Assembly (NCBI GenBank): GCA_018027755.1 | Contig: GCA_018027755.1_4098.1 | From: a phage | Length of the DNA stretch: 64,000 nt | Direction: 5' to 3' (one strand) | Shown here: positions 8,526 through 17,404 of the stretch, in pieces | Layout of the letters: each line of letters starts with the position of its first letter | Numbering within the stretch: the first letter of the stretch is position 1 | Program-made: the position numbers and the translations under genes | Notes under the pieces: model-generated | Seen by the model: the letters and a program-made list of their open reading frames with translations, nothing else | Databases searched by the model: none | What the model was told of the DNA's origin: nothing

Positions 8526-8620
8526 TAGAATCCATTTAAAGTACTATTTGACATTACACAGATAGTACTTTATAATAGACTCTAACTTGTAGTACTAACT
8601 CAACTAATAGGATGTATACC

Positions 8621-9016
8621 ATGATTACTAAATTCTACGCTACCCGTGAAGCTGCCCGTATTGTTGCACGCGAGGAAGGAGCAGCATTTAAAGACATGGG
8701 AACGACAGCACCGAAAGGTCAACGCTGGGCCGTACAGTTCAAAGAAATCTCTGATATTGTGAATTCACCTGAGCCAGTACTGACAGCAGCAGAACTAAAA
8801 CGAGCGGATATGCTGGCGGCAATACTTGACGCTCAAGATGAATTTATCGCTGATTCTGATATCAAAGTACAGGTAAACCACACCGCATGGACTCACGCGG
8901 ATCACCTGGCAAACCTTAAGCGTCCAAGTGAACTGATTCGCAACCAGAAAGAGATCCGACACGACCGTAAGGGTAATCGTGTAACAGTATACAGTAAACG
9001 CCGCCAGGTTATCTAA
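8621..9016 (+). CDS. hypothetical protein (131 aa)
   Basis: ATG with AGGA 8 nt upstream; track start 8612 alternative. Confidence 0.65.
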   Translation: MITKFYATREAARIVAREEGAAFKDMGTTAPKGQRWAVQFKEISDIVNSPEPVLTAAELKRADMLAAILDAQDEFIADSDIKVQVNHTAWTHADHLANLKRPSELIRNQKEIRHDRKGNRVTVYSKRRQVI

Positions 9017-9038
9017 TAACTTGCAGTACTAACAACAC

Positions 9039-9063
9039 GGCGGGATCAGTTCCCGCCTTTTTT
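9039..9063 (+). terminator. rho-independent terminator
   Basis: stem GGCGGGA/TCCCGCC then T-run. Confidence 0.8.
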
Positions 9064-9077
9064 ATAGGACAAACAAA

Positions 9078-9332
9078 ATGATTAAGGTTCAACTATATAA
9101 AGATAACATCTTACGGGTACACTATAAAGCACCGAAGAGAATCATCACAAAGGCCGTACAGCTTGCTAATGAGTTTATTAATGGTAACCTATTACCAAGG
9201 AAGTTAAGCAACGGGAAACTGCGTGTAATCGACGTGGACACTAACAACAGGATAGTAATCGAGAACACAGGAAAAATAAACCTTTATGAACACCAACAAT
9301 ATAATAAGAAAATAAAACTAATATCACGTTGA
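9078..9332 (+). CDS. hypothetical basic protein (84 aa)
   Basis: track ORF; weak SD. Confidence 0.5.
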   Translation: MIKVQLYKDNILRVHYKAPKRIITKAVQLANEFINGNLLPRKLSNGKLRVIDVDTNNRIVIENTGKINLYEHQQYNKKIKLISR

Positions 9333-9385
9333 CAGTACTCAAATGTTTTAGTACTATGTACACATACCAACACGGGAGAAACAAA

Positions 9386-9604
9386 ATGAAATTATCTAAA
9401 ATCGAAAAAACAACTATTGATGTAGCAGTTAAGCACGGTTATACCTTTCGTAATGATTCACATTTTACCAATTTTCAACAAGGACAGAGAACTATTAAAA
9501 AACTAATTGACAAAGGCTTATTAGTTAAAGTAGATAACGGTAACGGTGTGGAGTATCAACCAACACAGGACGCATTTTATTTTAAGAAATATAATATTAT
9601 CTAA
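9386..9604 (+). CDS. hypothetical protein (72 aa)
   Basis: ATG after GGGAGAAACAAA; promoter TTGACA-17-TACTAT at 9331; track ORF trimmed. Confidence 0.6.
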   Translation: MKLSKIEKTTIDVAVKHGYTFRNDSHFTNFQQGQRTIKKLIDKGLLVKVDNGNGVEYQPTQDAFYFKKYNII

Positions 9605-9662
9605 TTGACAGTACTCAAATGTTTTAGTACTATATGTACATACCAACACGGGGAAAAACAAA

Positions 9663-9905
9663 ATGATTACTTTAGAAAAACGTATCAAAGAAACTACATC
9701 GCTGGTGGAATTGTTAACAGTACTCAAATGTAAAACAACACCATTCAGCACGCCGGACTTTATTAATATGGTTGATGTTAATGGTCGCTATCGTATCACG
9801 GTCGAACAAGGAGCGGCGAAAGTATTCAGTACTAAAAACACTAAGGAAGTGATCCACGCCGTTAATGTTAAAAAAGTAGTTGCCATTGATAGTAAAGTAC
9901 TGTAA
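9663..9905 (+). CDS. hypothetical protein (80 aa)
   Basis: track ORF; duplicated copy of the 9331 promoter at 9604. Confidence 0.6.
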   Translation: MITLEKRIKETTSLVELLTVLKCKTTPFSTPDFINMVDVNGRYRITVEQGAAKVFSTKNTKEVIHAVNVKKVVAIDSKVL

Positions 9906-9936
9906 GATAGTTTCATTAACTCAAGGAGTAAATGCA

Positions 9937-10521
9937 ATGCGTAATTATACTAAATTCATCCGTACACTGTCAGAAATGGAAACCAACAAAGAGATCCTTT
10001 CAGCTTGTCGGTTAGCTGGCCTGGAGATCATCGGTGCTGGTTCTTCCCGTATAGTATTCGCTTTAAATGATCGGTTAGTGATTAAGGTCGCGAATTGTGA
10101 TGCGGGTGTCGAACAAAATGAAACTGAATGTAAGGTATGGAATTTTTTAGACTATGACCGCCCTCAGTTGAAACAGTACTTTGCAAAGGTGCATATGCAT
10201 TTATGCGATCCTGATAATATGTTTATCGTTATGGATCGGTTGAGTACTGCAAGCAAAGGCAGTGTGAAGCACGTTAACGCGTGCAATGAATTAAAGTACA
10301 ATATTAAACGTAATGCAATCGAACGCCAGCACCGCTTTGCTGATGCACTACAACACGTTGATGATACATTATCAACACTAACGATAAGAGATATCAGAAA
10401 ACAGAATATCGGCCAGGATCGTAATGGCCTTATTAAAGTACTTGATTACGGTTTAACCCGCAATATCTGGAATCAGTACTATAAAAAGCGTGATGTGGCA
10501 GCAAGTAAGGTAACACGATAA
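9937..10521 (+). CDS. Ser/Thr protein-kinase-like protein
   Basis: IGAGSSRIVF Gly-loop, VIKVA lysine, IRDIRKQNIG catalytic loop, LDYG (DFG-like); SD AAGGAG. Confidence 0.55.
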   Translation: MRNYTKFIRTLSEMETNKEILSACRLAGLEIIGAGSSRIVFALNDRLVIKVANCDAGVEQNETECKVWNFLDYDRPQLKQYFAKVHMHLCDPDNMFIVMDRLSTASKGSVKHVNACNELKYNIKRNAIERQHRFADALQHVDDTLSTLTIRDIRKQNIGQDRNGLIKVLDYGLTRNIWNQYYKKRDVAASKVTR

Positions 10522-10529
10522 AAAAGATT

Positions 10530-10620
10530 AAAAAAGGGATTGACTCCGGTCAGTCCCTTTGCTATTATATATCCATTGAGAGATAACTCACTGACCCATA
10601 GGGTGCGGAAGTGTATCTAT
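10530..10620 (+). repeat. repeated intergenic element, copy 3
   Basis: TTGACT-17-TATTAT plus conserved core. Confidence 0.6.
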
Positions 10621-10742
10621 TATATAAGTATTCAGTACTGAAAACTATTTTTAAAAAAGTACTTGCATTGTACTTAGAATCAAGTATAATGTTTTATATC
10701 GAGAGGGGGAAATGGTTCTCCCTGGCAATAAGGAATAAAATC

Positions 10743-10964
10743 ATGACTACAATGACTTGCATTTACGCTTCCAATCGTCTGAATGATGCGGCCTTTAATG
10801 TTGATTCAGAATATCAATGTTATCGGGATGAAAATAAAAAAGTTTTTGTAGTTGATAATAATGGTTTCCATATTGAATTACAATCCGGCTTCACTGGTGT
10901 TGATGGTAAATCAGTATGGGGCGTACAGGATGATAAAGGTACATATCATTTTAAACGTAATTAA
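10743..10964 (+). CDS. hypothetical protein (73 aa)
   Basis: ATG after TAAGGAATAAAATC; track ORF trimmed past hairpin. Confidence 0.65.
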   Translation: MTTMTCIYASNRLNDAAFNVDSEYQCYRDENKKVFVVDNNGFHIELQSGFTGVDGKSVWGVQDDKGTYHFKRN

Positions 10965-11048
10965 GTATTTGACAAAGTATCTTAGTACTGTATAATAGTT
11001 TACATCAAGGGGAGAATAGTTCTCCCCGATACTAAAAGGAATAAAATC

Positions 11049-11456
11049 ATGACTACTACCAATCAAGCTCGGAACATCACCAACGATAAAAATCATGCTG
11101 CAATGGTCGCTGGTTACATTGAAGCTATGCAATTCAGTACTGTACACAATGAGAACGGCGAATACCTGGAAGATTATGAATTATCAGAGCAAGCCCATCA
11201 AGCGGCAGTGATTGCATGTTCACGTTTCCTTGCTGTACATGGTGAAGATATGGAAACAGTACAAAAACACCATAATCCTGATTATACTTATAGTCATGCA
11301 GGTCATGATCTCTTTCTTACTCGCGAAGGTCACGGCACTGGTTTTTGGGATCGTGATATCGGTCACTATGATGATATATTCACTAAGTACTGCGAAGAAA
11401 TCAACGTTTGCGATCCCTATGTAGGCGATGATAATCTAATCTATATGGGCGAATAA
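11049..11456 (+). CDS. hypothetical protein (135 aa)
   Basis: track ORF; SD AAAGGAA; promoter and hairpin upstream. Confidence 0.7.
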   Translation: MTTTNQARNITNDKNHAAMVAGYIEAMQFSTVHNENGEYLEDYELSEQAHQAAVIACSRFLAVHGEDMETVQKHHNPDYTYSHAGHDLFLTREGHGTGFWDRDIGHYDDIFTKYCEEINVCDPYVGDDNLIYMGE

Positions 11457-11544
11457 AAGTATTTGACAAAGTATATCAGTACTGTATAATAGTTTACATC
11501 AAGGGGAGAATAGTTCTCCCCCACCAATAAAAGGAAACAAAATT

Positions 11545-11817
11545 ATGTCCAGCTACTCCGCTACTATGATCATTAAAGATATGAACGGTAATCCTACTTC
11601 TGCTGGTGGATCATTTGGAAACATTAATTTAGATGGGCGGTTATCCATGCAATCAGCCATCGATACAGCGAAAGAAGTTTTTAAGAATGAATGTACTGTA
11701 AGCAAGCTGGATTATATGGGATTCGCTATCGAGAAAACTAATCGTTTTGTGAACTACAAAAATCCACTGATGATTGATACTAACCTGAAAGCTAACGAAG
11801 TGGAATACTTATTATGA
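11545..11817 (+). CDS. hypothetical protein (90 aa)
   Basis: track ORF; SD AAAGGAAA. Confidence 0.7.
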   Translation: MSSYSATMIIKDMNGNPTSAGGSFGNINLDGRLSMQSAIDTAKEVFKNECTVSKLDYMGFAIEKTNRFVNYKNPLMIDTNLKANEVEYLL

Positions 11818-12005
11818 CAGTTGAAGAAGTTAAAAAAGTACTGGCAGTACTACGCTATCATAATCATTGCAAGGTGAAGAATGATCCTGATTATCTCGAT
11901 TCATCCCTGGAAGAGGATACACTACAAGCAATAAGCCATATGCAAAAAATGCTTAAGCGTATGACCGAAAAGAATAGACCGGACTATATCGGAAATAAAA
12001 TTTAA
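11814..12005 (+). CDS. hypothetical protein (63 aa)
   Basis: track ORF; ATGA overlap with upstream gene. Confidence 0.6.
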   Translation: MTVEEVKKVLAVLRYHNHCKVKNDPDYLDSSLEEDTLQAISHMQKMLKRMTEKNRPDYIGNKI

Positions 12006-12091
12006 AAAGTACTTGCATTGTAGTTAGATTAACGTATAATGTTTTATATCGAGAGGGGAAATGGTTTCCCCTCAAGTCCAGGAGATACACC

Positions 12092-12355
12092 ATGAACACT
12101 ATCGAAATCACTATCAATGCACACGTATACGACAACGTAGTACTGCAAACTACTATGACCGCTAATGATACCAGTACTTTGCGGAATACTGTTATTAGTG
12201 CCGTATGTGCTGCAATCGGTGATGTTGCCCTGGAAAATGCAGAACATATCAACAACGGTTTCACTATGTGCAAACGTGATAACGCAAAACATATCATCGT
12301 GGAAGGTTACGGCGGTGTAGAATTTAATGTTTATATGAAAAAAGTATTTGCATAA
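12092..12355 (+). CDS. hypothetical protein (87 aa)
   Basis: track ORF; SD CAGGAGA. Confidence 0.7.
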   Translation: MNTIEITINAHVYDNVVLQTTMTANDTSTLRNTVISAVCAAIGDVALENAEHINNGFTMCKRDNAKHIIVEGYGGVEFNVYMKKVFA

Positions 12356-12422
12356 TAACTAAAACAAAGTATAATGTTTTGCATAGGGGGAGATATCCTC
12401 CCCCACTAAAAGGAGTAATAAA

Positions 12423-12647
12423 ATGGCTAACTTTGATGAACTGATGCGGGAAGTAGCTACCCTGGCAGAAGAGAAGAAATCATTCGATTCTATCTATAAC
12501 ACCTCTTACCGTGATTCAGTACTGGCATGTACTCAGGATCAAAAAGATGAACTAATCGCCACATATCATGAAGCATGGAAGTACTACCGCCAATGGGAGA
12601 AAGAAGAAAGCGAGTCTACCATCAACGGCATCAATAATCTAATCTAA
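12423..12647 (+). CDS. hypothetical protein (74 aa)
   Basis: track ORF; SD AAAGGAG. Confidence 0.7.
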   Translation: MANFDELMREVATLAEEKKSFDSIYNTSYRDSVLACTQDQKDELIATYHEAWKYYRQWEKEESESTINGINNLI

Positions 12648-12723
12648 AAGTTTTATTTCAGTACTATTGACATAGCTTGATAGTACTGATGTAATAACTT
12701 TACTAACTACAAGGGGAAACATA

Positions 12724-12981
12724 ATGGAACAGTTCACACAATATCGGGTAAATCCTCAAGCTATGGCCTACGTAGAAGACCATAAAACGTTACCAGTACT
12801 GCAACCAGTTAAAGGCCATATCTATCGTGCAATGTCGTGGAGTACGGCCCAGGATGGCTATAAAACCGTAGCTGTCGGTATGTACTGCGGTAATGGTGAA
12901 TGGTTTGATCCAAATAATCCGGTCGCCGTTGACAGTACTGAAAAAATGAAATGGGCCGACTACATCGAAGATATTTCATAA
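12724..12981 (+). CDS. hypothetical protein (85 aa)
   Basis: track ORF; repeated promoter type upstream. Confidence 0.65.
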   Translation: MEQFTQYRVNPQAMAYVEDHKTLPVLQPVKGHIYRAMSWSTAQDGYKTVAVGMYCGNGEWFDPNNPVAVDSTEKMKWADYIEDIS

Positions 12982-13071
12982 AAACTATTTGACAGTACTA
13001 ACCAGTAATGTATAATGTTTTACATAGAGCGGGGGAATAGTTCTCCCGCCAATAGTTTGGAGTAAAACATT

Positions 13072-13272
13072 ATGTCTATCGCTATCGCCCTGGTTGAAGT
13101 ACTGAAAGAAGCTAAAGCCAACCTTATCGATGTACAGATTAAGGAATTGCAAAACGGCTTAATCGGCTGCACTTGTACCGCTGGCGGTGCGGCAGACTAT
13201 CGAGAACACGAATCACTCGAATCACTGGTTCGGTATCTTACCATGATCGTTGATGATTGGAGAATCATCTAA
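13072..13272 (+). CDS. hypothetical protein (66 aa)
   Basis: track ORF; SD TGGAGT. Confidence 0.65.
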   Translation: MSIAIALVEVLKEAKANLIDVQIKELQNGLIGCTCTAGGAADYREHESLESLVRYLTMIVDDWRII

Positions 13273-13284
13273 CAAAAAAAGAAT

Positions 13285-13370
13285 AAAAAAAGGGATTGAC
13301 TCCGGTCAGTCCCTTTGCTATTATATACGCATAGACAAAAACTAGCCCACAGGGTGCATAAGTGTATCCA
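13285..13370 (+). repeat. repeated intergenic element, copy 4
   Basis: TTGACT-17-TATTAT plus core AGCCCACAGGGTGCATAAGTGTATC. Confidence 0.6.
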
Positions 13371-13519
13371 AAATATATAGTTAATAACGGTGAGTAACTA
13401 TCTGCTGGTGGAGTGAAAACTATTAATAAAAAAAGTATTGACAAAGTATATCAGTACTGCGATAATGTATCTCGTAGGGCGGCAATGGTGCGACGGCCCA
13501 CAAAGTTAGGAGATTCAAA

Positions 13520-13852
13520 ATGACTACTTCAATCGCTATCGTTAAAGCTTTCATCCGTACTAATGTTTCCTCTGTATTCATCGACGGCCTCGACCGTAAC
13601 GTAGAATACTCAATCATTATCGCACAAACGGCAAACGGTTCTCGGTACATCCTTAATGATAGTGAAGCAAATCACTACTACTTCACTAAAGCCACTGGCT
13701 TTAAACGCATCGATGCTGATGTAGTATACGCTAAGATGAATAAGCTGGTAGATAAGATTAACGCTAAAGGTACTATAGATTTACAGTACTGGACCGAAAC
13801 CGATCCAGAATATGGATCTCACCGCTACCTGAATCCAGGTATTAAAATGTAA
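13520..13852 (+). CDS. hypothetical protein (110 aa)
   Basis: track ORF; SD TAGGAGA. Confidence 0.7.
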   Translation: MTTSIAIVKAFIRTNVSSVFIDGLDRNVEYSIIIAQTANGSRYILNDSEANHYYFTKATGFKRIDADVVYAKMNKLVDKINAKGTIDLQYWTETDPEYGSHRYLNPGIKM

Positions 13853-13941
13853 AAAGTACTTGCATAGTACTTAGAATCAAGTATAATGTTTTACATAGAG
13901 AGGGGGAAATGGTTCTCCCTCCTAAATTAAGGAGTTTTATC

Positions 13942-14343
13942 ATGACCTTCTCAATCAATTCCTTCGCTGACGTTTTAGTACTGGCTCGGACTTTCGGTAA
14001 AGATGCACTGGAGTACGCTGTAAGTAATGGTACTATCCAACCGGAACAGTGCCGCATCATTGGAAACTGCAAACGTTGGGCGGTATCCAATACTATTGCA
14101 CTGGAAAACTTCCACGATGGCAACAATGAATATTCTGTTGATGTAGTATTCGAAGCCGTTGATCTCGGCGGTATCTATAATACTAACCTGAATGATGTGC
14201 GTATCGTTCGCACGGGGTTCGGTGCTTATGATGTATCTATTCGTGAAGCTATGAACACCGGATACATTAGCAAGGACTTACTTGCTCACATCATGCAGCT
14301 GTGTACGGAACGTAACGAAGCACGTACTATCTTAGGGCTGTAA
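13942..14343 (+). CDS. hypothetical protein (133 aa)
   Basis: ATG after TAAGGAG SD; track ORF trimmed. Confidence 0.7.
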   Translation: MTFSINSFADVLVLARTFGKDALEYAVSNGTIQPEQCRIIGNCKRWAVSNTIALENFHDGNNEYSVDVVFEAVDLGGIYNTNLNDVRIVRTGFGAYDVSIREAMNTGYISKDLLAHIMQLCTERNEARTILGL

Positions 14344-14368
14344 GCAATACACATCACCAAACATCATA

Positions 14369-14388
14369 GGCCGCTCTCTAGCGGCCTT
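14369..14388 (+). terminator. terminator-like hairpin
   Basis: stem GGCCGC/GCGGCC; weak U-tract. Confidence 0.4.
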
Positions 14389-14411
14389 AACTATATCAGG
14401 AGGGCATACAT

Positions 14412-14621
14412 ATGTTCTATACAGTATACAGCGTTCTAGGCACTATTGCAGGCGTACATGATAACGTCAATGATGCTATGCGTACAGTACTGCAACAGGT
14501 TCCACTAAAGCCTAAGACCATTAAGCAGATGACAGCACGACTAACCAGGGCGACCGATGGCGTGGAAGTATGGCAGGACTACGGGGATACACAGATAATC
14601 GTAAGCGTAACGAAGGATTAA
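14412..14621 (+). CDS. hypothetical protein (69 aa)
   Basis: track ORF; SD AGGAGG. Confidence 0.7.
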   Translation: MFYTVYSVLGTIAGVHDNVNDAMRTVLQQVPLKPKTIKQMTARLTRATDGVEVWQDYGDTQIIVSVTKD

Positions 14622-14655
14622 TGCGTAAAGGGATCTAGTACTGATTCAGAAAAAA

Positions 14656-14721
14656 GTCAAGGCGTTTTTAAAATTATGCGTTAAAAAAATGCATAGGTAA
14701 TCCCTTGACTTTTTTGAAATA
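14656..14721. repeat. 13-bp inverted repeat with 40-nt loop at module boundary
   Basis: AAAAAAGTCAAGG...CCTTGACTTTTTT; lies at compositional shift. Confidence 0.5.
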
Positions 14722-14871
14722 AAAGGGATTGGACTATGGCAAAATGCGTAGGGGGCTAAAGGGCGGGTAACCTTAGCGACTTCGATAAAGGGGTATTACG
14801 AATAAAATGTTATTGATTTTTTATACGAATCGTATATTATAGGATTGATATTATTTTTTAATGGAGTCCCT

Positions 14872-15069
14872 ATGCGTATTTTAACTAAAGAACAGCACCA
14901 CGAAAGACTTATCAATAACATGGCTATGATAATGTATAAGTCCCATGACCGTGGTATTGCCTATAAGCGTGAATTAATTATGGCACTATTCATTGGAACT
15001 AACTTTCAGGAAAGGTATGTCAACGATTGGATTTGGTATTTAATTGAAGATATAACGAGTAAACTATGA
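14872..15069 (+). CDS. Fam-A paralog 1
   Basis: C-terminal IGTNFQERYV motif; SD GGAG; first gene of array. Confidence 0.65.
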   Translation: MRILTKEQHHERLINNMAMIMYKSHDRGIAYKRELIMALFIGTNFQERYVNDWIWYLIEDITSKL

Positions 15070-15266
15070 AAATGCGTATTTTAAATAAAGAAGAATATCA
15101 ATCACTGTTACGTAAAAACTTCACAAAGATTTATAATACAGACACACACGTAGAACGAATGGAGTTATACCTTTTGATTACTTTGGGAACTAACTATCAG
15201 GAAAGATGGGTGATTCAATATATGGATACATTGAAAAATAAAATATTGTCCACGAGGAAACAATGA
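15066..15266 (+). CDS. Fam-A paralog 2
   Basis: LGTNYQERWV motif; ATGA overlap. Confidence 0.65.
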   Translation: MKMRILNKEEYQSLLRKNFTKIYNTDTHVERMELYLLITLGTNYQERWVIQYMDTLKNKILSTRKQ

Positions 15267-15472
15267 AAACTATAACACGAACCCAATCATACGGTCTTAT
15301 CTTGAAATACATGGACTTAATGGTGGATATCAGCAAAGACCTTCCTAAAACTGAAATTGAAGTTGCAAGAGCAGAGATCCGCATGTTGGCTGTACTGAAC
15401 ACAAACCATCAGGAAGATTATGTTGAAGAATGGATTCGATTTTTAATTCAAGATATAAAGAGTAAATTATGA
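15263..15472 (+). CDS. Fam-A paralog 3
   Basis: LNTNHQEDYV motif; ATGA overlap. Confidence 0.65.
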   Translation: MKTITRTQSYGLILKYMDLMVDISKDLPKTEIEVARAEIRMLAVLNTNHQEDYVEEWIRFLIQDIKSKL

Positions 15473-15684
15473 TTATTATAGAAAACTCATATCAATATAC
15501 TGAACGCATCGCTGCCAGACAACTTGAAATCCTCATAATATACGAAGAGACTTCTGATTTAAACTTAGCCGAGGTATTGGAAAATGATATACTATTGGGT
15601 GCATTCTTAGGAACAGACTATCAGAAGTATTATGAGGAAAAGTATTTGTCATCTCTTGAGAAATATATCAGGAGCAAATTATGA
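15469..15684 (+). CDS. Fam-A paralog 4
   Basis: LGTDYQKYYE motif; ATGA overlap. Confidence 0.65.
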   Translation: MIIIENSYQYTERIAARQLEILIIYEETSDLNLAEVLENDILLGAFLGTDYQKYYEEKYLSSLEKYIRSKL

Positions 15685-15893
15685 TTTTTTTAACACCAGA
15701 AGAATATAAGAAACGTTTCAATTCCGCACAGGGTGAAATCTTACTTATATACCTTTCAAATGCAGACCTTAACTTATCAAGGGTATTAGAAAAAGATTTA
15801 CTTATGGGTGCATTCCTTGATACAGACTTTCAGGTGTATTATGTAGGGGAATACTTAATTGCACTTCAGAATTATATCAGGAGTAAACTATGA
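15681..15893 (+). CDS. Fam-A paralog 5
   Basis: LDTDFQVYYV motif; ATGA overlap. Confidence 0.65.
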   Translation: MIFLTPEEYKKRFNSAQGEILLIYLSNADLNLSRVLEKDLLMGAFLDTDFQVYYVGEYLIALQNYIRSKL

Positions 15894-16117
15894 AACATTT
15901 AAGTAACTCCGAGAAGAATAAAATTATCGTTGCTGCAATAAACAAATATTTTACACTTCCTCACAAAGAAGGTTTATGTGTAAGGGAACACAGGATAAAC
16001 ACCACCGATAAACGCATGATGGCTGTACTGGGGACGAACTTCCAGGAAGAGTATGTTATTGCACACATAGTTGCACTCAAGAATTACATTATGGACAAAT
16101 GTAATGAACATCATTAA
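15890..16117 (+). CDS. Fam-A paralog 6
   Basis: LGTNFQEEYV motif; ATGA overlap. Confidence 0.65.
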   Translation: MKHLSNSEKNKIIVAAINKYFTLPHKEGLCVREHRINTTDKRMMAVLGTNFQEEYVIAHIVALKNYIMDKCNEHH

Positions 16118-16328
16118 TAACTTTGAATACGAGGCCCGTGCTAAGAGTGCCAGAAAAAAAGAGAACACCATTTACTTCACTATGATGTACTTACAATGGA
16201 CTGAAATTGAAGAAAAGGTTGCTGAAGTATGGATGTTGGAATTCATGGGGACGCAGTATCAGAATAGGTTTGCGGGTGAGTATATCAATGTTCTTATGAA
16301 ACAAATAGAAAGAAAGGAAAAGAACTAA
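16104..16328 (+). CDS. Fam-A paralog 7
   Basis: MGTQYQNRFA motif; internal ATG chosen (track start 16071). Confidence 0.6.
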   Translation: MNIINNFEYEARAKSARKKENTIYFTMMYLQWTEIEEKVAEVWMLEFMGTQYQNRFAGEYINVLMKQIERKEKN

Positions 16329-16486
16329 TGGTTTTCATTAACATATCTGACCAACTCGATACTAAACTAGAAGTCGAGCAGAGTGAGGGAGGGATGTTGT
16401 ACTTTCTTGGAACTTCTCATCAGAATTTTTATATCCATGAACACATAGTTGCACTCACAAATCTAATAAGGGATAAATGTAAATGA
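16328..16486 (+). CDS. Fam-A paralog 8 (52 aa)
   Basis: LGTSHQNFYI motif; below track cutoff; overlaps neighbours by 1 and 4 nt. Confidence 0.55.
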   Translation: MVFINISDQLDTKLEVEQSEGGMLYFLGTSHQNFYIHEHIVALTNLIRDKCK

Positions 16487-16740
16487 AACACTTGACGAAC
16501 GATGAATATTCACTTAGAATTCGAAAGCTCACCCCAGAAGCAAGAGTAATCTACGATGACGATGCACTTTCATGGAACGAGATGAAAGTTAAAGTTCATG
16601 AGCTATGGTTGCTGTACTTTGTGGGAACCCAATATCAAGAGAAATATTGTACCGATTATCTTGAACAACTAATGGATCTTATACAGATAAAACTAAATGA
16701 ACGAATTGTGGAAAAATATGAAAACTTTATCAAGCACTGA
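16483..16740 (+). CDS. Fam-A paralog 9
   Basis: VGTQYQEKYC motif; ATGA overlap. Confidence 0.65.
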   Translation: MKHLTNDEYSLRIRKLTPEARVIYDDDALSWNEMKVKVHELWLLYFVGTQYQEKYCTDYLEQLMDLIQIKLNERIVEKYENFIKH

Positions 16741-16969
16741 GTATCAAACTGCCCTCTTCTCCCTTCTAAACACCCTCCGCACGAACAATAAACTTTATAA
16801 TTCCCGTGAAGCTGATATCGTCAACGCTGATGTATATCTTAATAAATTCATAGGGACTAACTATCAAGAACTGTTCACTCTACGATATATCGCTGCATTG
16901 AGAAACGAAATATCAGATAAAACCCGTCAAGCCAGAAGAGAATGGAATAAACAATGCGACACAGACTAA
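16718..16969 (+). CDS. Fam-A paralog 10
   Basis: IGTNYQELFT motif; internal ATG chosen (track 16697). Confidence 0.6.
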   Translation: MKTLSSTEYQTALFSLLNTLRTNNKLYNSREADIVNADVYLNKFIGTNYQELFTLRYIAALRNEISDKTRQARREWNKQCDTD

Positions 16970-17205
16970 ATCACAAAATGTATTGTAAACTATTACAGAC
17001 ACTGGCACAGAAACACTATGACACGGTATCTGGAATATTACCCTATGATATCATGCGTTTACTTCACTGTGAGGCCGAGATGCTTGTACTGATGACTGGC
17101 ACAGATAAAAACGCAATTGCCAAATCTATAGATATGTTCATCGATGCACACTGCCAACACATTAGAACCGAGATATGGAGACGTGAGAATGAAAATCCTG
17201 ACTGA
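16954..17205 (+). CDS. Fam-A paralog 11 (divergent)
   Basis: MTGTDKNAIA in motif position; overlaps neighbour. Confidence 0.55.
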   Translation: MRHRLNHKMYCKLLQTLAQKHYDTVSGILPYDIMRLLHCEAEMLVLMTGTDKNAIAKSIDMFIDAHCQHIRTEIWRRENENPD

Positions 17206-17404
17206 GCATGAGTATTACAATAGGTTAAGAACTATACAAGGAAAAGTCTCGTGGACTTTTTTAGATAATTCTATTGCAGAAGCGGACCGATGTGTTATAA
17301 TAGCTGAAATGAAGCTATTACTCTTCATTGGGACAAACTATCAAAGTATCTACATAGACGCATGGTTAAGCAGCTTACGTCTGAAGTCGGTGAGTTTAAA
17401 ATGA
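17189..17404 (+). CDS. Fam-A paralog 12
   Basis: IGTNYQSIYI motif; internal ATG chosen (track 17144). Confidence 0.6.
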   Translation: MKILTEHEYYNRLRTIQGKVSWTFLDNSIAEADRCVIIAEMKLLLFIGTNYQSIYIDAWLSSLRLKSVSLK

